From assembly GCA_015487305.1 (NCBI GenBank), contig WFQB01000191.1:1-38606 (forward strand): a stretch of DNA of 38,606 nucleotides. The letters run 5' to 3'. This document shows positions 18,491 through 26,361 of the stretch, in pieces; within the stretch, counting starts at the first letter, position 1; every line of letters starts with the position of its first letter. The position numbers were made by a program, and so were the translations under genes. The notes under the pieces were generated by a model. That model worked only from the letters and a program-made list of their open reading frames with translations. It ran no database searches and was not told the origin of the DNA. This DNA comes from Parvularculaceae bacterium (GTDB lineage: Bacteria > Pseudomonadota > Alphaproteobacteria > Caulobacterales > Parvularculaceae).

Positions 18491-18664
18491 TTAAACCGAC
18501 GCATCAACATTCGAAGCGACATTAGAGAAATTTGTTGAGACAGAAGAGGCTGTAGCTTGAAGTGCCGCCAAAATCCCAATAGCCATAACAGCCGCGATTA
18601 GCCCATATTCAATAGCCGTCGCGCCCTCTTCATTTTTCAAAAATTTTTCAATTAAATTCTTCAT
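18491..18664 (-). CDS. flp: Flp family type IVb pilin (57 aa); below the ORF-track size cut-off
   Basis: Hand translation gives MKNLIEKFLKNEEGATAIEYGLIAAVMAIGILAALQATASSVSTNFSNVASNVDASV*. It has the G/ATAIEYGL processing motif and is about 70 percent identical to the flp at 19178-19351. Confidence 0.8.
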   Translation of the reverse strand: MKNLIEKFLKNEEGATAIEYGLIAAVMAIGILAALQATASSVSTNFSNVASNVDASV

Positions 18665-18744
18665 GTCACGGTCCCAACCCTGTTTATGGTCGCCATTCTA
18701 CTGGGCGATTGTTAATTTTTTTTATTTCAAAAGCCAATAGGCTT

Positions 18745-19029
18745 TTAGTCATCATCGTCATGGCCATCTTCTTCTTCGCCATCGTCGTCTCCGCGATCAT
18801 CCGAATCCCCATCATCTCCCCCCTGATCATCATCAGAGTTATCATCATTCTCCCCCCCATCGGAGCCATCCATCTGGCTAGGAATCTCAGAATAAGTTTT
18901 TGAGAGCGAATTACCAAAAAGCTGAAAGGCAACAATTGCACCGACAGCAAAAAGCGCCGCCAACAGACTATATTCAATAGCTGCGCCGCCTTTTCTATTG
19001 TGCCAAAATTTTAAGAATTGAACCCTCAT
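18745..19029 (-). CDS. Flp-like pilin with an unusual polyacidic C-terminal tail (94 aa)
   Basis: The internal ATG at 19029 gives MRVQFLKFWHNRKGG/AAIEYSLLAALFAVGAIVAFQLFGNSLSKTYSEIPSQM, with the Flp motif and hydrophobic helix. It continues as DGSDGGENDDNSDDDQGGDDGDSDDRGDDDGEEEDGHDDDD. Confidence 0.7.
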   Translation of the reverse strand: MRVQFLKFWHNRKGGAAIEYSLLAALFAVGAIVAFQLFGNSLSKTYSEIPSQMDGSDGGENDDNSDDDQGGDDGDSDDRGDDDGEEEDGHDDDD

Positions 19030-19111
19030 GTAAAATCCCTCAGCAAAAGAAACACTACCATAGGTGGCATGTCTTAAAATTTCCCCATGAAAAAAAACAA
19101 AAGAACACCAA

Positions 19112-19140
19112 AATAAAAAAGGGAGCCCGAAGGCTCCCTT
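19112..19140 (-). terminator. Strong rho-independent terminator immediately after the first flp gene
   Basis: GGGAGCC-cgaa-GGCTCCC is followed on the minus strand by TTTTTTATTTT. It lies about 40 nt after the flp stop. Confidence 0.7.
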
Positions 19141-19177
19141 TTCCAAAATGTTTTGTTCTGTAACGTCTCGTCAGCGA

Positions 19178-19351
19178 TTAAGCAGCCGCGTCGAGATTAG
19201 AAGAAACTTCGGAGAAGTTAGTCGACAGAGAGGTTGCAACAGCTTGCAGAGCTGCGATAATCGCAACGGCGATCAGAGCGGCGATCAGGCCATACTCAAT
19301 AGCAGTTGCACCTTCTTCATCTTTAAGAAAACGATTAATAAATTTCGTCAT
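19178..19351 (-). CDS. flp: Flp family type IVb pilin (57 aa), probably the major pilin
   Basis: The ATG at 19351 has AGGAG 6 nt upstream and gives MTKFINRFLKDEEGATAIEYGLIAALIAVAIIAALQAVATSLSTNFSEVSSNLDAAA. The upstream 20 codons in the track are not pilin-like. Confidence 0.9.
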   Translation of the reverse strand: MTKFINRFLKDEEGATAIEYGLIAALIAVAIIAALQAVATSLSTNFSEVSSNLDAAA

Positions 19352-19650
19352 GATTGACTCCTGTTTTATTGCACTTGCACTTTCTGACTTTTGTCCGCCA
19401 GATGTCATCAATCTGCCATGGGATAGTAAAGAAATTATTGCGTTGAAAAAATTATTTTTTTAAACAGTTAACAAAATCAAATTTGCACTAAAATAATTTG
19501 CGTCGTTTCTATATTTTCCAGCTTTTATATGGTTAATAAGAAAAATTATTTTTAGACGTATTACGAACTTTAAGCCAATCAATACCTTTACAGAGTGTGA
19601 ATTTTTTCCACCTGAAGATGAGAACAGCACAGAATTTTTAGAGCTGTTAA

Positions 19651-20379
19651 TCAGCGCCCCATAGAAACAAAAACATCATAATTTATAATCACAAGACCAG
19701 GATATTGACGCCGCACAACGCCGGTACGAATTAATTCCGCGACCGCATCGGCAGCTTCATTTTCAGAAACTCCCGCCCGCTCTGCCAGTTCTCTATGCTT
19801 GGGCATGATCTCAATATGCCACTGCCCCTTGGCATTGCTGCTGGCAAGCTCCAGCAATAAGCGATATACTCGTTTTTCCGGCATAACATCGCCAAGAGCA
19901 CCAGCGCTCCAAGATACCAGCTTACGCGCCGTAGCTTCCAATAATATCCGGGCAAAGGCTGGCTTTCTCGCCACGGTTTCGGCAATGGCAGCACTATCAA
20001 TATAAAGCAAAACCGCATCTTTCACCGCAACCAGACCCAGCCGAGAGGCCGCTTCTTCATCCTTGGCCAAAACAAAATCAAGCCCCAAAAGATTGCCCGC
20101 AGACAGTTTGCTAAGCATCATTTGGCCGGATTCTTGAGAAATAATCGTCAGTTGAACCTCACCCTTTACAACGCCAATCACTTCTGAAGCGTCATATTGA
20201 CCAATCGTAAACAAGGTCTCGCCTGCATAAACCTCGCGCAAAAACGAGGCTTTTGCCAGAGTTTCAATGACATCTTCGGCGGCGCCACCAAACCATTCCA
20301 GATCCGCTAATGCGGCCCGCGCGAGGGCGTCCTCATCATCTTCAGCTCTTGTGATATTGGTTAGATTTACTTGGGACAT
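19651..20379 (-). CDS. Crp/Fnr-family transcriptional regulator (cNMP-binding-like domain plus C-terminal HTH)
   Basis: 242 aa with a beta-roll-like segment ..GETLFTIGQYDASEVIGVVKGEVQLTII.. and a C-terminal HTH ..HRELAERAGVSENEAADAVAELIRTGVV... It is upstream of, and co-oriented with, the flp genes. Confidence 0.6.
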   Translation of the reverse strand: MSQVNLTNITRAEDDEDALARAALADLEWFGGAAEDVIETLAKASFLREVYAGETLFTIGQYDASEVIGVVKGEVQLTIISQESGQMMLSKLSAGNLLGLDFVLAKDEEAASRLGLVAVKDAVLLYIDSAAIAETVARKPAFARILLEATARKLVSWSAGALGDVMPEKRVYRLLLELASSNAKGQWHIEIMPKHRELAERAGVSENEAADAVAELIRTGVVRRQYPGLVIINYDVFVSMGR

Positions 20380-20586
20380 AACTTCCTGCTCAGTCGACCC
20401 CTATCCCAAATGGATCAGGGTTTGATGGGCTACTATCCCCAAAGGGGCTTAAAACTGGGTAAAGGTTTTATGCAAAGTGCGATGATAAATAACAAAGATT
20501 GCCCATATCGATCCCATGTTTAAGAAATCGTTGACTATTCCGGCCTATGGTTTCGACGAAATCTATTCCAACCAAGAGGCTATCTC

Positions 20587-21057
20587 ATGCGCTCTCATTT
20601 TATATCTTTGGCTGTTTCCTTCCTTGCCTTTTTCGGCTTGTCCACTGCACATGCAGGCGAGGTTTGGCTCACGGTTGATCAGGTTCGCGCCTATCAACTG
20701 CCGGAACCCGTTAGCGCAATTGTCGTTGGTAATCCCGGTATTGCCGATATTGAAGTTTCGTCCAACACATCCATCATGCTGTTTGGCAAGCGCCCTGGCC
20801 TAACCAATATTTATTTCTTCAACCTAAAGGGTGAAAGACTGGATAATGTTTCCATTCGTGTGCGCACCCCAAGTGACAATATGGTCACCTTGCAACGCGG
20901 TGTTGAATATGTGACTTATTCCTGCACCAATAATTGTGATGTTGCCGAAAATGTCAGCATTGGCAGCAATGCCTTTGAAGTCGCTAAGCGGGAAAGCAAA
21001 AAGAAAGCTGCTGAAATTAGCGGCGGTGGTGGCGGCGGTGGCGGCAATGGAAGTTAA
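20587..21057 (+). CDS. Secreted stand-alone pilus-formation N-terminal-domain protein (paralog of the CpaC N-domain) with a poly-Gly tail
   Basis: Signal peptide ..FFGLSTAHA/GE. LTVDQVRAYQLPEPVSAIVVGNPGIADIEV...GLTNIYFFNLKGERLDNVSIRV aligns by eye to CpaC LPLNKMAVVELPRDVSDVVVAQPDKVEAVV...GQTNAFFFDNKGREILNLEIRV. It ends in GGGGGGGGNGS. Confidence 0.65.
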   Translation: MRSHFISLAVSFLAFFGLSTAHAGEVWLTVDQVRAYQLPEPVSAIVVGNPGIADIEVSSNTSIMLFGKRPGLTNIYFFNLKGERLDNVSIRVRTPSDNMVTLQRGVEYVTYSCTNNCDVAENVSIGSNAFEVAKRESKKKAAEISGGGGGGGGNGS

Positions 21058-21084
21058 GTCCTAGCCAAGCCAAATCAAGGCAAT

Positions 21085-22242
21085 TTATTCCAGACTATCG
21101 ATGAAAGTGTAAATTCGCGGTCGCTCCGGCGGCCGCAATTTTTTTCGGCACCAAGCATCCACTTTCCAGGCAATGGTTTGGTCCGGCAGCAACCCATCTT
21201 CCAAAATTATTTTGGCTATCAACCTGTCCAGCGAAGCACCTCGCTTGGAAACACTAACCTCACAATTTTTTATGTCTGGATGCGCCGCAATTTTTTTGGC
21301 TATCGCTTTTGGAAACACATTGACCGCGCCAATCTGCACCGCCCCATCCCGACGCCCCCCAAGGGTAAAACTTCGCCCATTGCCCCAAATCAACTTATCC
21401 ATAGGCTGTACGGATATTTTTTTACCATCCGGACGTACCCTTATCACCCCGTCATCATCGCGCAGCCAAAAATCAAAAAGGGCAAAGCCATCCGATGGAT
21501 TTTCTCGCCAAGCAAGAATGCCCGTTTCTGTTGATCCGTAAAATTCACGCATGGCAGCAAGGCCATTTTCTCGCAATGTTGAATAAAGCGCGCCGGGCAT
21601 TGGCTCACCAAAAGACAGACCAACAATATTGGTCGGAAAACCCGGCAAGGATTTCAGCAAAAATCGCCACAAAGTTGGCGTCGCCACGACCAAATCCCCC
21701 GGTGCCAACCGGTTTTCAAAATCTTTGGCAAATAAAGCGCGCCCATCTATCGCTTCAATATCGAGAAGATTAGGGGCCAATACACTGGTGACAAAACCGA
21801 ACAAAGAATGCGGGGCCACCATAGAGATAACCCGCCGGCGCCCCTGCACCAGATTGGCAACGGCGCGCGTATCCTGCACCAATTCATCTGCCGGATGAAT
21901 AATTGCCGACCCTTTTATATCTACCGCGGGCAGAAAAGAAAATTGCCTGATCCCCTCAGCCAAAAAGGGCATCAATCGGTCAACCCAATCGCCAAAACTA
22001 TCATCCGGGGTCGCCCTAAAATTTTCTTCTTCCTTGCCGAAAAAAGCATACAGCCTTTCAAGGCAGAAAGTCATCTGCTCATCTGTAAGCCCCAACCCGC
22101 CAATACCGATTTTTGTCGCCCCATGCCATGATGCGCGTGTTAGCGAGTCTGTATAATGATTAAATTGCCGCGCCAATTCATCCGCCGTGATGCAGGCGGT
22201 AATCGCAACCAATTGGTCATGAGTGAAGGTAAAGGCTGTCAT
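21085..22242 (-). CDS. Divergent ANL-superfamily (acyl/aryl-adenylate-forming) enzyme, short form
   Basis: 385 aa with the FYGSTETG core motif and GGRRDGAVQIGAVNVFP (GRxDD-IK-G--V-P-type motif). I could not find a canonical Ser/Thr/Gly P-loop by eye. It has a 4-nt ATGA overlap with pabC. Confidence 0.6.
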   Translation of the reverse strand: MTAFTFTHDQLVAITACITADELARQFNHYTDSLTRASWHGATKIGIGGLGLTDEQMTFCLERLYAFFGKEEENFRATPDDSFGDWVDRLMPFLAEGIRQFSFLPAVDIKGSAIIHPADELVQDTRAVANLVQGRRRVISMVAPHSLFGFVTSVLAPNLLDIEAIDGRALFAKDFENRLAPGDLVVATPTLWRFLLKSLPGFPTNIVGLSFGEPMPGALYSTLRENGLAAMREFYGSTETGILAWRENPSDGFALFDFWLRDDDGVIRVRPDGKKISVQPMDKLIWGNGRSFTLGGRRDGAVQIGAVNVFPKAIAKKIAAHPDIKNCEVSVSKRGASLDRLIAKIILEDGLLPDQTIAWKVDAWCRKKLRPPERPRIYTFIDSLE

Positions 22243-23084
22243 AATGTCTCTTGAATAAAGCTTTGGCAGGATTTTGCCAAGCGATCATAGGCTGTTTCAA
22301 GCTCACCTGATAGAGGCGAGATTTCATCAAATACCAATCGCCGCATACCCATCAGGCTATTACTGGCAAAGCAAATGCCCTGCCCAAAATCCTGAATGTT
22401 TTGGGCCTCTTCCTTGACCTGAAAACCCATTTCGCGTGCCATCCCCATAATCTTCTCGCGCATTATTCCCGGCAAGATACCGGCCTTCACTGGCGGCGTT
22501 ATCAAATCGCCCCCCTCCTTAAGGCTAAATATATTGGCGGCGCTAAGGCAAGCAACATGGCCAGTATTATTCAGCATTAAGGCATCATCAGCCCCAAGGG
22601 CACGCGCCTCCGACAAAGCCAAAATATTATCCACATAGCTTAAGGTTTTCATCTGGCTGGCAAGAGAGCCTTCATTGCGACGCACCGAAGAGAGGATTGT
22701 TTTTATCGGCTTGGGTGATGACAATGCCACTGGGACAGATGTCAGCATGATTTGCGGGCTTTGCTCTGTTGGCGCAGGGGGCATAAGTCCGCGAGGGCCT
22801 ACCCCTCTGGTTAGGGACAATCTGGCGCTGGCACGCGGACCGGAATTATTCCTCTCCAGCAAGACACATAAAGCATCATGGATCTCTTTGTCAGAAAAAG
22901 GAATTGCCAATGACAAGGTTTTGGCGCTCCTGGTCAAGCGCTGCCAATGTTCTTCAAAAAATTGAGGTCGGCCATTGAGGCACAAAAAAGTTTCAAATAG
23001 CCCATCCCCCAGCAAAAGACCGCGATCATCTGCCATGAACTGCTTTTTTGTGTCATCGCAAAATGCACCATTGATCCAAAGCAT
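22239..23084 (-). CDS. pabC: Aminodeoxychorismate lyase (class IV aminotransferase fold)
   Basis: ..DDRGLLLGDGLFETF.. and the overall class-IV PLP fold. It is translationally coupled to pabA (TAATG overlap). Confidence 0.8.
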   Translation of the reverse strand: MLWINGAFCDDTKKQFMADDRGLLLGDGLFETFLCLNGRPQFFEEHWQRLTRSAKTLSLAIPFSDKEIHDALCVLLERNNSGPRASARLSLTRGVGPRGLMPPAPTEQSPQIMLTSVPVALSSPKPIKTILSSVRRNEGSLASQMKTLSYVDNILALSEARALGADDALMLNNTGHVACLSAANIFSLKEGGDLITPPVKAGILPGIMREKIMGMAREMGFQVKEEAQNIQDFGQGICFASNSLMGMRRLVFDEISPLSGELETAYDRLAKSCQSFIQETL

Positions 23085-23668
23085 TACCGCCCCTCCCTTG
23101 CCAAATCGCGAGAAAGCTTCACAAAATTCTCCAGCAGGTCATTGCCATATTCTGTCAGTAACGATTCAGGATGAAATTGTACCCCAATATGAGGATAAAC
23201 ACGATGGGCAATAGCCATCACCTCCCCGCCATCAGACCATGCCTGCACCTCTAAATCGCCCTCATCGCGAGGCACACCAATGAGCGAATGATAACGCCCC
23301 ACCAGCATTGGCGAAGGCAGATTTGCAAATAATCCCGCGCCGTCATGGCAAAGAGGGCGCGCCTGACCATGCAAAGGTTCTTTGGCCTGCAAGGTCTTGC
23401 CGCCATAGGCTTCGATAATTGCCTGATGCCCAAGACAAACCCCCAAAATAGGAAGAAGCGGCGCAGCCAATATCAGCTCCATACAAATACCGGCCTTTTT
23501 GGGCCGTCCCGGCCCGGGGGAAAGGACAATAGCCTTTGGATGAAGCGCCAGACATTCTTCGACGGAAATTTCATCATTGCGAAAAACCTGCGTGCGTCCA
23601 CCCACAACGCGCAATAAGCGGGCAAGATTGTGAACAAAGGAATCATGATTATCGATAACTACTATCAT
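23084..23668 (-). CDS. pabA: Aminodeoxychorismate synthase component II (glutamine amidotransferase)
   Basis: MIVVIDNHDSFVHNL.., ..GVCLGHQAI.., ..VQFHPES.. form the class I GATase triad. It has an ATGA overlap with pabB. Confidence 0.85.
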   Translation of the reverse strand: MIVVIDNHDSFVHNLARLLRVVGGRTQVFRNDEISVEECLALHPKAIVLSPGPGRPKKAGICMELILAAPLLPILGVCLGHQAIIEAYGGKTLQAKEPLHGQARPLCHDGAGLFANLPSPMLVGRYHSLIGVPRDEGDLEVQAWSDGGEVMAIAHRVYPHIGVQFHPESLLTEYGNDLLENFVKLSRDLAREGR

Positions 23669-25083
23669 CTCTCCCCCTTCACCAATTCCATAAACCCGGC
23701 GGCTTTTAGCAAAACTTCACTATATTCCGCTGCCGGTTCTGACAGTAATGTAATACCCCCGCCTGAACCATATTGCGCCTCGGGGCCGTTCTCGCCTTGG
23801 GTAAAAAGTGTTGTGCGAATAGGCACAGAAAACTCCGCGCCACCGCGATCGTCAAAATACCCAATGCCCCCGCAATAGACCGAGCGCGGCGCTGTTTCTT
23901 TTGTCAGTAATATTTCCATGGCCCGCTCTTTGGGCGCGCCCGTTACCGAGCCGCAAGGAAAAGCCCGCTCCAACGCGTCCACTGCTGTCATATCTTTTCG
24001 CAACACACCTTCAATTTGCGAAACAAGATGATGCACCCGACGAAAAGATTGTAGCTCGCAAGTTTTTGTCACCACAACGCTATCATCTTCGCAAACCCGC
24101 GATAAGTCATTGCGCAAAAGATCGACAATCATAATATTTTCTGCCCGATCCTTGACCGAAGTCATCAGATTATGAGCGGATTTTAAATCTTCTTCCCGGT
24201 TTGCATAGCGCGCCGTTGTGCCTTTAATCGGCCCGGCTTCAACCAGATATTTCTTTCCCCTTGGAGAAATCTTCAAAAAGCTTTCTGGCGAATTGGAGGC
24301 AATAGAATAATCCCGATAGCCCATATAGGCCCCAAAGGGCGCATCGCTTTGGCGGGATTGGCGGGCAAAAAAATCCTTGGCGATATCAGAAAGCTCACCG
24401 CCTGCCCATGCGGCCTTAAAAGCCATGGTCATATTGGCCTGAAATATATCCCCTCGCGCAATATGGTCTTGAATAGCCCTCACTGCCGCTTGGTAGCTGG
24501 GCTTATCCATTTTCGGAGCAAGAGAGCGGCTAGCATATTGCGAACCAGAATTTCCAGCCCTGCGCAAACCAGCGCCAATATTATCGCGCAAATTTTCTAC
24601 GGCCTTTCTTTTGCGCCCCACAAGAAAACATCTTTTGCTGGCCCGGTGAAAACAAAGCGAAGCCTCATAAAACCCCATCACCATATCCGCCACCGGGCGC
24701 ACGGCCCGACTGACTGGCAGGGGTGGGCGACAATGTTCCGCCATTTCATAAGAAAGATAGCCCATAGCCCCGGTCAGAAATCCCGGCGAGGGCAAATCCG
24801 ATATTGGCCATTTGGGCTGGCGATGATAGCGCCTGTTGGCGAGCTTGTCTTTTAGCAAATCAAACGGATTCCCTTCTATCTGCCTGCCCTTGCTTGTGGT
24901 TTTGCGCCCCTTTGTAAGCAAAACCTCTTCCGGCGCAGTGACCAGCACTGACCATTCCTTGCCCGTCTCAACCCCTCTTTCACCGCCATGGAGCAAGATG
25001 GTGCCGTCTGTGTCAGCCATTGCCGCCAACAGTTCGACAGGATCAGCCCATGATAATTCTTCTACAAACATGGGGCTTCTCAT
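23665..25083 (-). CDS. pabB: Aminodeoxychorismate synthase component I
   Basis: 472 aa with a chorismate-binding domain (..SPESFLKI.., ..AFPCGSVTGAPKERAMEIL.., ..YCGGIGYF..). Linkage to pabA and pabC favours PabB over TrpE. Confidence 0.85.
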   Translation of the reverse strand: MRSPMFVEELSWADPVELLAAMADTDGTILLHGGERGVETGKEWSVLVTAPEEVLLTKGRKTTSKGRQIEGNPFDLLKDKLANRRYHRQPKWPISDLPSPGFLTGAMGYLSYEMAEHCRPPLPVSRAVRPVADMVMGFYEASLCFHRASKRCFLVGRKRKAVENLRDNIGAGLRRAGNSGSQYASRSLAPKMDKPSYQAAVRAIQDHIARGDIFQANMTMAFKAAWAGGELSDIAKDFFARQSRQSDAPFGAYMGYRDYSIASNSPESFLKISPRGKKYLVEAGPIKGTTARYANREEDLKSAHNLMTSVKDRAENIMIVDLLRNDLSRVCEDDSVVVTKTCELQSFRRVHHLVSQIEGVLRKDMTAVDALERAFPCGSVTGAPKERAMEILLTKETAPRSVYCGGIGYFDDRGGAEFSVPIRTTLFTQGENGPEAQYGSGGGITLLSEPAAEYSEVLLKAAGFMELVKGER

Positions 25084-25226
25084 AGGGGAGATTCAGGCGG
25101 GCGAAAAGGGCAGGATCAAAGGGGGTTTTGCTTATAGCTTGCAAGGCCTTTCAAAAGAGCGGTTTGGCTTTTACGAGAAACAGCCTAGATTTCATAAATA
25201 TTGACCATAAAGGAAGGGTTTTTTGC

Positions 25227-26351
25227 ATGGGCTCCCAACAAGATGCATATTTACAGCGCATGCCGGATGGTCTGGCCCGGGTATTTTTCTCCCTCGCCAT
25301 TGTCCTGCTGGTGGGATATCTGCTCTATGCAGGGCGGTCCATTTTTATCCCCCTGACAATCTCTCTTTTTCTTGCCTTTTTAATTGTCAGCTTAAAAGAC
25401 ACCATTCGGGCCATTCCCAAAATCGGGCGGTTTATTCCGCAATTTCTGGCCTTTATTTTGGCCTTTGCCACAATTGTTTTGGTGATGATTTCTCTGGCGG
25501 AAATTGTCCGCCGCAATATTGACACCCTCATCATGGATTTACCACTTTATCAGGCGCGACTAACAGAAGTCTCGACCGCCGCTATGAATTGGCTTGATAA
25601 AAATATCAGCTTTGCCGATGATCTGGTGGATGGCCTGAAAAAAATTCAACAGGATTTACTGGGGCAGATACCGTCTCTGGTTGGCGATATTGGCATTGTT
25701 GTGCGCACACTGGCCGCCTCTCTGGTAACAATTTTCCTCTATACCGCCTTTATGTTGGTGGAGCGCGGGCGGTTCTTGCGCAAGATTGCCAAACTATCAA
25801 CCAGCCGCGCTGATCGCGAGCATGTCAATGAGATCATTCGCGATATTAGTGACCTTCTGGCCAAATATATTTCTATCAAAACCCTGATGAATATGATCGT
25901 CGCCAGCATTTCATTTATAATCATGTATGCGCTGGGGATTAAATATGCGGGTTTTTGGGCGCTGATGAGTTTTGCCCTCAACTATATTCCCATCATCGGC
26001 TCTATCATTGGTGTTTTAATGCCAACCCTCTTGGCATTGGTCCAACCCGGCGGCGGGGTTGGCCTGTCGCTACTGACTTTAACGCTGCTGACCGGCGCCG
26101 AACAGTTTTTTGGCTCTTTTGTGGAGCCTCGCACCGTTGGCAAATCTCTAAATTTAAGCCCGCTGGTTATTTTACTATCGCTGGCTTTATGGGGCACGCT
26201 TTGGGGCTTTGCCGGCATGTTGTTATGCGTGCCAATAACTGTTGCAGCTCTCATTATATTTTCGCAAATCGAAGAGACCCGCGCCATTGCGATTTTAATA
26301 TCCGATAATGGCGACATCGCCCCCATTCGCCGCAAAGAAAAAAGCGCTTAA
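25227..26351 (+). CDS. AI-2E family transporter (PerM/UPF0118)
   Basis: 374-aa polytopic protein from the ATG at 25227 (AAGGAAG upstream), with typical C-terminal blocks ..FVEPRTVGKSLNLSPLVILLSLALWGTLWGFAGMLLCVPIT... Confidence 0.8.
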   Translation: MGSQQDAYLQRMPDGLARVFFSLAIVLLVGYLLYAGRSIFIPLTISLFLAFLIVSLKDTIRAIPKIGRFIPQFLAFILAFATIVLVMISLAEIVRRNIDTLIMDLPLYQARLTEVSTAAMNWLDKNISFADDLVDGLKKIQQDLLGQIPSLVGDIGIVVRTLAASLVTIFLYTAFMLVERGRFLRKIAKLSTSRADREHVNEIIRDISDLLAKYISIKTLMNMIVASISFIIMYALGIKYAGFWALMSFALNYIPIIGSIIGVLMPTLLALVQPGGGVGLSLLTLTLLTGAEQFFGSFVEPRTVGKSLNLSPLVILLSLALWGTLWGFAGMLLCVPITVAALIIFSQIEETRAIAILISDNGDIAPIRRKEKSA

Positions 26352-26361
26352 GGCATATAAG

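Noticed and set aside
18684-18977. 97-aa Met/Ile-rich ORF overlapping the acidic Flp tail
   Set aside because: It is an alternative frame of the repetitive GAT/GAC/GGN tail region and has no Flp motif or start signals. It is mentioned only as the potential product of a frameshift.
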